Shown piece by piece: positions 39,537 to 48,822 of a DNA stretch of 64,000 nt. The stretch's first letter is position 1. Each line of letters begins with the position of its first letter. The DNA lies in NCBI GenBank assembly GCA_965205655.1, contig CBDBIJ010000017.1:477-64476 (forward strand), given 5' to 3'. The notes under the pieces were generated by a model. That model worked only from the letters and a program-made list of their open reading frames with translations. It was not told where the DNA came from and did no database searches. This stretch comes from Candidatus Latescibacterota bacterium. Its GTDB lineage: Bacteria; Latescibacterota; UBA2968; UBA8231. The position numbers and the translations under genes were made by a program.

Positions 39537-40135
39537 CAGTTGAGCGACGCGAAGTTTCGCAGCAGCCGAAGGCCGACCTGCTGGCTCTTTTCTGGATGAA
39601 ACTGAACCCCGAAGACCTTTTCCCGTCCAGCGATCGAGGTGAACTCGACGCCGTAATCGGTCGTGGCCAGACAGTCCTTGCCGGCGGCGTCGACGTAGTA
39701 GGAGTGGACGAAGTAGAAGAAACTCCCCTCCGGAACCCCCTCGAACAGAGCGGACTTCTGCTTGATGGCGATCTGATTCCAACCGATTTGCGGTACCCGC
39801 TCAGTTGCGGAAAAGCGGATGACCCTGCCTGGCAGCAGTCCCAGGCCGTTGTGAGTTCCGCGCTCTTCGCTTTCATCGAACATGAGCTGCAGTCCGACGC
39901 AGATTCCGAGGAACGGTTTGCCTTCATCCACGTGCGACTCGATTCGATCCACCCAGCCACGGTTGCGCAGATTGCTCATGGCATCGCCGAAGGCGGCATC
40001 GCCGGGCAACACGAGGTGGCTCGCGGCGGTGGTCTCTTCGGGGCTCTCTGTAATCCTGGCCTCGTACCCGAGAAACTCGAATGCCTTCTCTACACTGCGC
40101 AGGTTGCCCATGCCGTAGTCGATGACGGCGATCAT
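39536..40135 (-). CDS. hisH: Imidazole glycerol phosphate synthase glutamine amidotransferase subunit
   Basis: Conserved blocks are [24 protein letters not shown] (catalytic Cys) and QFHPEKS. The start is trimmed to ATG 40133-40135, overlapping the proC stop. Confidence 0.9.
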   Translation of the reverse strand: MIAVIDYGMGNLRSVEKAFEFLGYEARITESPEETTAASHLVLPGDAAFGDAMSNLRNRGWVDRIESHVDEGKPFLGICVGLQLMFDESEERGTHNGLGLLPGRVIRFSATERVPQIGWNQIAIKQKSALFEGVPEGSFFYFVHSYYVDAAGKDCLATTDYGVEFTSIAGREKVFGVQFHPEKSQQVGLRLLRNFASLN

Positions 40136-40944
40136 GACCTGCCCAGTTCGACCGATCGTTCGGCGGCCGCCTCGACGGCTCCGATGAGAGCTTCGCTCAG
40201 ACCGCCGCGTTCGAGCGCTTGGAGACCCGCGAAGGTCGTGCCTCCGGGCGAGGTCACCTGATCCCGCAGCGTCCCCGGTTGCTCGCCACTCTCGAGGGCC
40301 ATACTCGCGGCGCCGAGCACGGTCTGTATCGCCAGCTTTGTCGCCACCTCTCGAGACAGGCCGACCCTCACACCCCCTTCGGAGAGCGCCTCTATAATGG
40401 AGTAGACATACGCCGGTCCGCTTCCCGAAAGCCCGGTGACGCCGTCCATCTGACTCTCCTCCACCATGACGGCGGTGCCAACAGCGTCGAACAGCTCTCG
40501 TGCGAGCTCGGCGTGCCGCTTGGACGCGTGACGTCCCGTGCACACCGCTGTGGCCGCAACTCCGAGACGAGCGGTGATCTGCGGCATCGTGCGGACCAGC
40601 GGAGCGTCGCCTCCCAGCCACTCTTCGATCGAGCTCGTACTCACTCCGGCCATGATGGAGACGAGCAGCTGATCGCCGCGCAGGTGTGGTGCCAGCGTTT
40701 CGAGTACCTCAGCCGCAATCTGGGGTTTGATCGCCAGTATCACTACGTCCTGATCGCGCGCCGCATCTTCGACCTCGACACTCGTGCGCATACCGAGGCG
40801 AGCCAGAGGCTCCAACGCATCGGCGCGAATGTCGACGACGGTGAGCTGGGATGGGGGAATGCGACCGTGCCGCGCCAGACCGATGGCCAGACTCGAGCCC
40901 ATGTTTCCGGCGCCCAGCAAACCGATTTGGCAGGTTTCGATCAC
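40132..40944 (-). CDS. proC: Pyrroline-5-carboxylate reductase
   Basis: It has the Rossmann motif (IGLLGAGNMGSSLA) and C-terminal ...SPGGTT.AGL..LE. It uses a GTG start. Confidence 0.85.
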   Translation of the reverse strand: MIETCQIGLLGAGNMGSSLAIGLARHGRIPPSQLTVVDIRADALEPLARLGMRTSVEVEDAARDQDVVILAIKPQIAAEVLETLAPHLRGDQLLVSIMAGVSTSSIEEWLGGDAPLVRTMPQITARLGVAATAVCTGRHASKRHAELARELFDAVGTAVMVEESQMDGVTGLSGSGPAYVYSIIEALSEGGVRVGLSREVATKLAIQTVLGAASMALESGEQPGTLRDQVTSPGGTTFAGLQALERGGLSEALIGAVEAAAERSVELGRS

Positions 40945-41017
40945 GACAGTGGAGGGAGAGGGGAAAGGTCGGGAGGCGGCTGGAAGCGGAAGCAGAAAAA
41001 AACGCCTAAGTGCAATT

Positions 41018-41046
41018 AGTATAGGACACTTAGTCCATCATGTCAA
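41018..41046 (-). promoter_or_regulatory. Near-consensus sigma70-type promoter for the proC-hisH-hisF-proB operon
   Basis: On the minus strand, TTGACA (41046-41041), a 17-nt spacer and TATACT (41023-41018) lie about 75 nt upstream of the proC GTG. Confidence 0.5.
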
Positions 41047-41695
41047 TTTGGCTGGAAGGTCTATTCTGAGGCTCACGGCGATGCCGCTGGAGTCCCGATT
41101 ACGGTCCCTATACAATGACATCGAGCCTCGGGAACCTGCCTTGGGTGGGCATGCGCAGCGCTTACCGCGCGTCGTTGTCGCGCATCGACGGTTGTTGCTC
41201 GGCACACATCGACCTCGATGCTGCTCTCGCGTTCGTTGCGTTTCGATCTCGTGCACGCGATCCCATTTTCCGAAACTATTCGACCTCGCAACGAATGTCG
41301 CGCCATTTCGATATCGCACGAACAGATTCGTTTGTCTTTGCGCAGCCGTACGATTTTTCATGGCTGCGAAATCGAATTGAGTGTGCAGCTCCCGCAAAGT
41401 GTTGCGAGTCAACTGTGCCGCGGTCACCACAACCTGTTGTGCAATCAACCCACTTGTGACTGGACAAAACGCAATTTCTGCTTGACGGATCGAAGGAATC
41501 AATACTATCATTGATCATGTAAGAAGTACACGTGTGCCAAGTGTACCTTAGAGGGAGGGACTTGGGACATGCGCCGGTGTTCGGGGAGGAGGTGATCAAC
41601 GAAGGAGCCCGGCATCCTCGCACGAAGATTTACTTCGCAGCCTTGCGAGACTTGATCACCTTGATGCCAACTGCGCAGAAAAAGGAGATGAACGA

Positions 41696-42217
41696 ATGGC
41701 TAAAAGGAAGGCAAAGAAAAAAAAGGCTGCCAAGGAAAAGGTAGCCAAGCGAAAGGCCACCAAGAAAAAGGCCACAAAGCGCAAGGCCACTAGGAAAAAG
41801 GCCGCCAAGAAAAAGGTAGCCAAGAAGAAGGCCAAGAAGCGCCCGGCCAAGAAGAAAGCCAAGAAGCGCCCAGCCAAAAAGGCGAAGAACGGGAAAGCCA
41901 AGAAAGCCAAGAAAGGCAAAAAGGCAAAAAAAAAAGGCGCTAAGGAAAAGAAGAAGAAGGTAAAGCGCAAACCTAACCCCTCCTTCATGAGGCCCTTGCA
42001 GCCCGATTCGGCCCTGGGAGTGGTGGTCGGTAGCAAGGCTCTGCCACGCACTCAGGTCGTCAAGAAGCTGTGGGCCTACATCAAGCGCAACGGTCTGCAG
42101 GACACGCAGAACAAGCGTATGATCAACGCCGATGATAAGTTGAAACCCATCTTCGGCGGCAAAAAGCAGGTGAGCATGTTCGAAATGACCAAGCTGGTCA
42201 ATCGGCATCTCGAGTAG
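41696..42217 (+). CDS. Lys/Ala-rich histone-H1-like N-terminal tail fused to a SWIB/MDM2 domain
   Basis: Residues 1-~90 are KKA/AKK repeats (AKRKAKKKKAAKEKVAKRKATKKKATKRKA...). The C-terminal ~80 aa match the SWIB pattern (...LP.TQVVKKLWAYIK.N.LQD..NKR.I..DDKLK.IFG...V.MFEM.KL...HL). AAAGGAG lies 8 nt upstream of the ATG. Confidence 0.8.
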   Translation: MAKRKAKKKKAAKEKVAKRKATKKKATKRKATRKKAAKKKVAKKKAKKRPAKKKAKKRPAKKAKNGKAKKAKKGKKAKKKGAKEKKKKVKRKPNPSFMRPLQPDSALGVVVGSKALPRTQVVKKLWAYIKRNGLQDTQNKRMINADDKLKPIFGGKKQVSMFEMTKLVNRHLE

Positions 42218-42240
42218 ACACTCGGCGTCGCCGAGTGTCT
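42216..42240 (+). terminator. Stem-loop immediately after the SWIB gene
   Basis: AGACACTCGG-CGTCG-CCGAGTGTCT forms a 10-bp perfect stem that overlaps the TAG stop. No U-tract follows. Confidence 0.4.
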
Positions 42241-42376
42241 ACAACATCACAAACAGCCTGCCGATTTCTTGAGAAGGGTTCCCAGCCTCGGGAGCCCTTC
42301 TTCTTTTGTACCTTCCAACCTATATTGATCTGCGCTTTGTGGTTTCAGATCCCAACTACAACGTGAGTTTTTACGA

Positions 42377-43462
42377 ATGAAGGCGCTCATCGCACTATCA
42401 GATGGTACTGTCTTCGAGGGCCGCTCAGTGGCGTGCTCCGGAGAAATTCTGGGCGAAATGGTCTTCAATACGAGCATGACCGGTTATCAGGAAATCCTCA
42501 CCGACCCGTCCTACGCCGGGCAGATCGTCACCATGACCTACCCGCACATCGGCAACTACGGCGTCAATCCAGAGGACGAGGAGTCCAACCGTCCACATGT
42601 GAAAAGCTTCGTCATGCGCGATTGCTGTCGCCGCCCGAGCAACAGTCGCGCCACCCACAGCCTCATCGAGTACCTGGAATGCCACAGCGTCATCGGCATC
42701 GAAGGGATCGACACCCGCGAGCTCACGCGGCGCGTCCGCATACACGGTGTCATGAATGCGGCGGTTTCCACCGAGGACCTCGATCCGGACAGCCTCGTCG
42801 GAAAAGCGCGCGACTGGGCTGGCCTCGAGGGAGTCGATCTCGTTCGGGAAGTGACCTGTGACGAGCCGTATGACACGGCGCCGGACGACCCGCAGTTTCG
42901 CGTCGTGGCCTATGATTTCGGTATCAAGCGGAATATCGTCCGCAAGCTCGTCGAGGCCGGCTGCGCCGTCACCGTCGTGCCGGCGACGACGACGGCGGCA
43001 GAGGCGCTCGCCATGGATGCCGACGGCTTCTTTCTATCGAACGGTCCGGGCGACCCGCGACCCGTTCACTACGCCATCGACACAACCCGCGAGCTGGCCG
43101 CGTCGGGTAAACCCATCTTCGGCATCTGCCTCGGGCACGAAATCCTCGGCCTCGCGTTCGGTGCCGAGATCTTCCATCTGAAGTTCGGCCACCGCGGGGC
43201 GAACCATCCGATCAAGGAAACGGAGAGCGGCAGGGTTCTCATCACTTCCGAGAACCATGGCTGGGGTATTCGCTCGGAGAGCTTGCCGGATGAACTGGAG
43301 ATCACCCGGCTCAACCTCAATGACGGGTGCGTGGAAGGGATGCGTCACCGACAGCTGCCCATCTTCTCGATCCAGTGTCATCCGGAAGGGTCCCCTGGTC
43401 CGCACGACAGCTTCCATCTTTTCGGGCACTTCGTCGATCTGATGGAGCGGCACAGGAATTAG
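42377..43462 (+). CDS. carA: Carbamoyl-phosphate synthase small (glutaminase) subunit
   Basis: Conserved blocks are ...DG..F.G.S......GE.VFNTSMTGYQEILTDPSY.GQIV..TYP.IGN.G, GICLGHE and QCHPE. Confidence 0.9.
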   Translation: MKALIALSDGTVFEGRSVACSGEILGEMVFNTSMTGYQEILTDPSYAGQIVTMTYPHIGNYGVNPEDEESNRPHVKSFVMRDCCRRPSNSRATHSLIEYLECHSVIGIEGIDTRELTRRVRIHGVMNAAVSTEDLDPDSLVGKARDWAGLEGVDLVREVTCDEPYDTAPDDPQFRVVAYDFGIKRNIVRKLVEAGCAVTVVPATTTAAEALAMDADGFFLSNGPGDPRPVHYAIDTTRELAASGKPIFGICLGHEILGLAFGAEIFHLKFGHRGANHPIKETESGRVLITSENHGWGIRSESLPDELEITRLNLNDGCVEGMRHRQLPIFSIQCHPEGSPGPHDSFHLFGHFVDLMERHRN

Positions 43463-43496
43463 TGCGTGCCTCACAAGGACGGCTTGTAAACTGAGG

Positions 43497-43523
43497 GCGT
43501 CGAGGCGCCTGGTCGCAAGGCGC
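43497..43523. repeat. Second copy of the 27-nt palindromic core seen at 4746-4773
   Basis: GCGTCGAGGCGCCTGGTCGCAAGGCGC here compares with GCGTCGAGGCGCCCGAGTCGCAAGGCGC at 4746-4773. It contains the GGCGCC...GGCGC hairpin and again lies between convergent gene ends. Confidence 0.45.
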
Positions 43524-43533
43524 GGGCCGGGAT

Positions 43534-46255
43534 CTACAGCGATACGCCGAGCAGTCCGCGGGTCAGCTGAAAGTCGGTGTTGCCGCGATCCGTCAGCCGC
43601 GGCGAATAGCGTCGCGACGCCACTTCCACAATGAGATTCAACAACTGGTGCGGCCAGTCGCTGTCACCAGAGCTCGGCTCATCCTCCTTCGCTGCCTCAA
43701 GAAACAGATCGATGTCGTCTCCGTAGAGCTCGTTCACCGGTGGATGCCCTGTCACTTGCACCAGGGGCACCATCGGGTGGCTTTGTACGGGATGTTCGCT
43801 CACGTAGGCGAGCAGGACCTGGACACCCGTGGCACCCATGCCGGTGAGCGTCTCCACCCAGTGGTCGGTCGGACACTCCATGATGTGGAATCCGTTCGTC
43901 TCGATCGACTCGCCGTGGGCGAGCGTCGGCCGGGGTGTATCGCCGTGGCCCCCGAAGAGTGTGCGGACGAAATCCCCGCACGCCATGAGGCCGCCCGCCT
44001 CGGGCGCCACCACGGTTCCACCTGCCTGCACGACCCACTGGCTCAAACGGGCGAAGCTGACAGCAACTTCGGGCGGCGGGGCTCCGGCGCTGAGAATCCC
44101 AAGACCCAAGCTCTCCAGGCCGACGTCCTCGAACTGCGGAGCGCTCATTGACTCAAGCTTGCTCGCGAACCAGCCCTGAGTCGCCTCCATGACTTTGTCG
44201 ATGCCGCCATCCATCTGCACGCTGGACCAGCCGAAGCGATCCTCCTCGATCCCCGCGGAGCTGAGCTGTTCCCGGAAGTAGTCGTTGTGGGTTTTCTCGC
44301 ATCCGTGCTCCATGAGCAGCCCCACTTTGACGAAGGGATGAATGAGGTACCCCACCATGGTGCGGTGAAACGGGTCTTCACCCCCCATTCCCACACCACA
44401 CCCCTCGGTGTGAACGAGGGAGACGAACCTCGAGATCCCCCGCTCCTTTCCCAACCCATCGGCATTGAGACGCTCCGCCGTCATCCGCGCGATCTGTCCC
44501 GAGCACAGGCTCGTAGGCAGCACGAGGCCGACCTGGTCGACGGTGTATCCCGCCTCCGTGCGAAAGGCTGTGAATTTCACCTGCGGCCCCTTTTCGAGCC
44601 GAATCGGCGCCGGCTCGCCGTCGGGAGGCGCCGTTCGCATGAGTCTTTCGAGATGTTCATCGCTGTCCAGCTCCCAGTTGCGCCAGATCGAAACCTGGGA
44701 GTGTCCGGCCCGCTCACCCAGCGTCGCCCGTCCCGAGGCCACCTCGAGAGTTAGATCGCGCATTTGGGCACCGAGCTCGTCCATCTTGGCGCCATCTTGA
44801 TAGGCGCCGGCGTTGACGTCCATGTCTTCGCGGAGCTGCTCGTACCGGGATGTCGTTGTGACGATCTTTATCGTTGGCACGAAGGGAAAGTTCGTGATCG
44901 ATCCGTTGCCGGTGACGAAAAAGATGACGTTGCTGCCGGAGGCGACTTGACCGGCGATGCTTTCCAGATCGTTGCCGGGGCTGTCCATGAAGTAATAGCC
45001 GGAGCTCTCCATGGGCTGACCGTAGTCAATCACATAATCGAGCCTGACATCGGGATCTCGCTTCCTCGCCGCCCCGATCGACTTGAGCACGATGTTGTAG
45101 AGACCGCGGAATTTGTTCCCACCCGATGGGTTTCCCTCCGTCGACACGCCGTGCCAGGAGGCGCGCTCCTTGAACCTCTCTACCACGGACAGAAAACGGC
45201 GCGCCGTCTCCACGTCCCGTACGTTCGCCAGCACGTACGGCTCTGCGCCGATGAGCTCATCCGTCTCAGCCAGATTGGCCGTACCGCCGTGGCTGATGAT
45301 CTCGCGGGCGACCCACGCCGCCAACGGGTTGCCTGAAACGCCGGAGAAGGCATCCGAGCCGCCACACTGCAGAGCGATCTTCAGCTGCGACAGCGATTGA
45401 TCGGTGCGCTGGGCGCCATCCACCAGCCCCAACCAGTCGCGGATCTGTCGCTCACTTTCCGCCATCTTTGCCTCGAAGCCCTTGTCGATTGTTAAAAACC
45501 GGTGAGGGACCTCATCGATAGCGTAACCCTGCCGCCGCAAGTACGACTCGAGCAGATCGTTCGTTATCGCGGCGCTGCGGTAGTCCACCGCCAGTACGGC
45601 CCCGACATTCGGGTGAACGCAAAAACCTGCCAGCGTCCTCAGCAGCAGCTCTTCATTGTTCGGACGGCCACCGCCGCCACCCTCGGTGTGCGCCACAGCC
45701 ACCACGCCATCGACATTCGCGCAGGTCGCGGCCGCGTCCTCCCAGTCGCCCGGCGAGCGTGCGTGCGAAGCTTGCGGCTCTGGATGTCGTGCCCACCACG
45801 AGGATGTAGTTGCGGGTGCCGACGCCGCGATGGCCGCGGTCGTAGCCGCGAAAACCATTCTCGGAGACGACCTGCGCGACTTGGTCACCCGGGCGAAATC
45901 GATCGACGTCCAGCTCGTAGGGCTCGATTCTGTCTTCGAAGTTGAAGGCGGCCGGCAGCTGAAAGTCCAGGCGCCGAACCTCGAGCGCCTGCAGCATCCC
46001 TTCATTGCACACGTAGGCACCCGGTGCGATGTTGGCCGTCGCTACCCCAAAGGGGAGCCCCCAGGAAAGCAACCGCTCCGCGCGCGAGATCGGCTCGATG
46101 GCGAAGCGGTGGCCCTCCATCACAGTGCAGTCGAGCTCAAAGCGGGAGCCGTCGCGCTCTACCGCCGTTCCTGCTTCCAGACGCCGCGAGGCGATAGCCA
46201 CGTTGTCGCCGGGCAGGGGCAGGCGCGCTACATCTGTGAACTGAAGTATGGTCAT
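43534..46255 (-). pseudogene. UxaA/GarD-family (altronate/galactarate dehydratase-like) protein with extra C-terminal repeat of the N-domain; one frameshift
   Basis: The SAF-like N-terminus (MTILQFTDV...GHRFA) and ...GTRNYILVVGTTS are in ORF 45653..46471. The rest (...VDGVVAVAHTEGG..., QCGGSDAFSG, FFVTGNGS, then a second ...VSLVHTEGCG... module) is in ORF 43534..46020. The frames swap near 45745-45775. Confidence 0.7.
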
Positions 46256-47544
46256 TGGAACAGTTTGAAATTCTCGTCGTCCACCCGCTTCGCCTGGTGG
46301 GCGAGCGCCGCATCCATCACCTCGATGGCCATGCGGGACTCGAGGGTGACTCCGGCACGCACGCCGACGCATGGGTCGTGGCGACCCTTCTTCAATTCGA
46401 AATCGATCTCTTCCAGGTCCTTGCGTACCGATTGCTGCGGCACTGCGATCGACGAGGTCGGCTTGAAGCACACCCTGGAGACGATCGGCATGCCTGTTGT
46501 GATGCCGCCGATCAGGCCACCGTGATGATTTCCCTGGTACCCGGTGCTGCGAATCGGATCGTTGTTCTCGCTGCCCTTGCGAGCCACCACGTCCTGTCCC
46601 GATCCGATTTCGCAGGATTGCACCGCGTGCAGCCCTCCCAGTATCCCCATGAGCCTCAACTTCAGACTGTCGTAGAGCGGCTCGCCGACAAGAGACGGTG
46701 GGTTGACAGCCACTACCTCGATGGCAGCTCCCACCGAGTTGCCGCGCTTGCGGATTGCGGTGATCAGCTTCCCTGCCTCGCTCGCGAAGCCGGCATCGAG
46801 AGTGTATATCCCGGGCAGATCTCGAGATCCGTTGCTCTCCGACGCACTCAGGCGCTGCTCGACAGCGGCGATCTGCTCGGCCGAGATGCGCCCTGCGTCG
46901 CCGTCCTTCACGGACTGTGCCACGAGTCCCTCGACGTGGTCGCTCAACCGAACGGCGATTCGAGCACGCCGACGCGATAGATGGAAGAGAGAAAGGCGGT
47001 CCCGAAGCGCCCGGCCAAGAACCGCCTGGCGACCGAGCCGCCGATGACGTCGGAAATCGTCGAGCGGTAGCTGGAACGTCCCCGCCTCGGGGGTCCTCGA
47101 AACCGCTCGCCTTGAAGTGTTTGACCAGATCGGTGTGCCCCGGTCGGACCTCCCCCTTGGGTCCGGCGAACTGGGCGTAGTCGGCCGAGCGCTTTGCCGC
47201 TGAGAGTACGACAGCGGCGATCGGCTCGCCTGTGGTGAACCCACTCTCGTACGCCGGGCTCGAGATCGTCTCCTCCTCGTCGACCGTCGTGCGATCTGCG
47301 AGCCGCCGTAGAGGTGATCGACCTCGTCGGAGTAGAGTCCCGAAATCAACACGACCTTGTCGCCTTCACGACGCGGGGTGCCTAGCTTGCTGCTGCCCGG
47401 TCGGCGACGATCGAGGTATGACTGCACGCCGGCGCGCGACAGCTCGAGCCCCGGCGGGCAGCCGAACACGATTGTGGTGATCGCGGGACCGTGCGATTCG
47501 CCCGCGCCGGCGACGGCGAATAGTGACCCGCCGACTATTTCCAT
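46252..47544 (-). pseudogene. aroC: Chorismate synthase with about three frame changes
   Basis: N-terminal (GESHGPAI...GCPPGL...LDRRRPG) and C-terminal (GDSVGAAIEV...HGGLIGGITTG.PI...GRHDPCV) matches are in the listed ORF frame. The central motifs lie in two other minus frames: GFTTGEPIAAV...RSADY...RPGHTD...RGG in one, and GGRSSYRSTISDVIGGSVARRFL in the other. The in-frame central stretch is Arg-rich junk. Confidence 0.7.
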
Positions 47545-47743
47545 TTCATCCTCAATCTCTCCGTAAGCGCTGCGAACTTTCGGAATGTACGCCTTCGCCA
47601 AACCATGAGCAATTTCGAATCATTCGTTGTAACTGCTGAGTATTCTTGCAGTTAGTCTCCTGGGAGCATTCCTCGAAAAGACCGGAGATCTCTCATTTTG
47701 TCTTTGGTATCGGCTCGGGATTTCGTATATATATGCCCCCGGG

Positions 47744-47783
47744 TGTGATCGGGATCACAGCAAAACCTGTGATATTTAACACA
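47744..47783. promoter_or_regulatory. Two CRP/FNR-type boxes upstream of the first EF-hand gene
   Basis: TGTGATCGGGATCACA (47744-47759) is a perfect TGTGA-N6-TCACA. TGTGATATTTAACACA (47768-47783) is TGTGA-N6-ACACA. The centres are 24 bp apart, 100-140 bp upstream of ATG 47885. Confidence 0.45.
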
Positions 47784-47884
47784 GCGGATTTATCTGGATC
47801 GTGTAAGTTTATATCGCTTTCGAAAACATACCCTAAACCATACTCAACAAGACAGTAGCTCTCACTACAATATGGAGGAGTGAC

Positions 47885-48722
47885 ATGACCATTCCATTGA
47901 TAGCAATCATTTCGGGCATTCTCATGGTCGGTCCTGTTGTGGCCGACCACCACGAAGGTGATATGGATCATCCCGAGGGCATGCCCGAGGACGGCGGCCC
48001 AATCGTCATCCTCGGACCTCCTGAGGGATTCGAGCCGGCCGAAGATGAAATGCCAGAAATGCCCGAAGATCCGGAGGAGGCGAAGGCTCTCGCGTCTGGA
48101 GATGTTCTTCCACTTCATGAGCGGCGGCGACGGCAGTGCTGACTTTGACGATTTCCGTCGCTGGGTGAGACGCTTCCACGTGCCGGAAGACATGCACGAG
48201 CGGCACGAGCGCATGGAAGAAGGTGGCGAGCACGGGGATCACGGCGAAGTAGGGGAGGGCGAGCACATGGAGGAAGGCGAGCATATGGAAGAGGGCGAAG
48301 GCGAAGAGCATTCAGAGGGCCTGCGAGAAGGCAGTCCCGAGCTCGCCCATCTGCCCCCTGCGCCCGAGTGCTCTGAGGAACTTCGGGAAGAGGAGCTCGG
48401 TCCCCGGGAGGAGGGCCACCCATGCCGCGATCGCGATGGCAACCTCATCCTTCGCACCATCTGTAATATGCCTGGCTTTGAGGAAGTCGCCATCAGCCTT
48501 CCCGAGGGACGCGCGGCTGGTTGCTTCGGTATCGAGGCGATTCGAGGCCATATCGGGTTCGAGATCGTCGCCGAGGACGGTACCCCGGTATGGGACATGT
48601 CGGTGGGCCCGGAGGAGTACAAGCGCTTGAAGCTGGATGAAGGAGTCTACCACGTCCGATCTGTCGGCGGCGACGAAGACGGAGCGGTTACCGTCCGCTT
48701 CGTTGATGTTTCCACCGAGTGA
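47885..48722 (+). pseudogene. Secreted EF-hand-like, His/Glu-rich protein with Cys-containing C-terminal beta domain (paralog 1); one frameshift
   Basis: GGAGGAG lies upstream of ATG 47885. The signal peptide and GPPEGFEPAEDEMPEMPEDPEEAK are in ORF 47885..48142. The remainder (LEMFFHFMSGGDGSADFDDF..., HMEEGEHMEEGEGEEH, ...RTICNMPGF...VRFVDVSTE) is in ORF 47937..48722. The frames swap near 48085-48097. Confidence 0.6.
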
Positions 48723-48822
48723 ACTGCCACCGACGCGAACTCTACTATTCGTGGGGCCGGGCATCCCGGCAGTGCTTGTTGAGCTTGCTGGACGGCTGGC
48801 CCTTTTGAGAAAGGAGAAAAGC

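Noticed and set aside
41001-41040. Hairpin CTAAGTG-N14-CACTTAG followed on the minus strand by GCGTTTTTTT, initially read as a terminator of a minus-strand gene or sRNA in the spacer.
   Set aside because: The hairpin overlaps the -10 box and spacer of the near-consensus proC promoter. The stem is short and AT-rich with a 14-nt loop. It may be a leader or attenuator feature, but I cannot support a terminator call.
41038-41511. 157-aa minus-strand ORF (and other 70-115-aa ORFs) inside the proC-SWIB spacer as real genes.
   Set aside because: No RBS, no recognisable motifs and atypical composition. Several overlapping ORFs in different frames are equally long, which argues for non-coding sequence.
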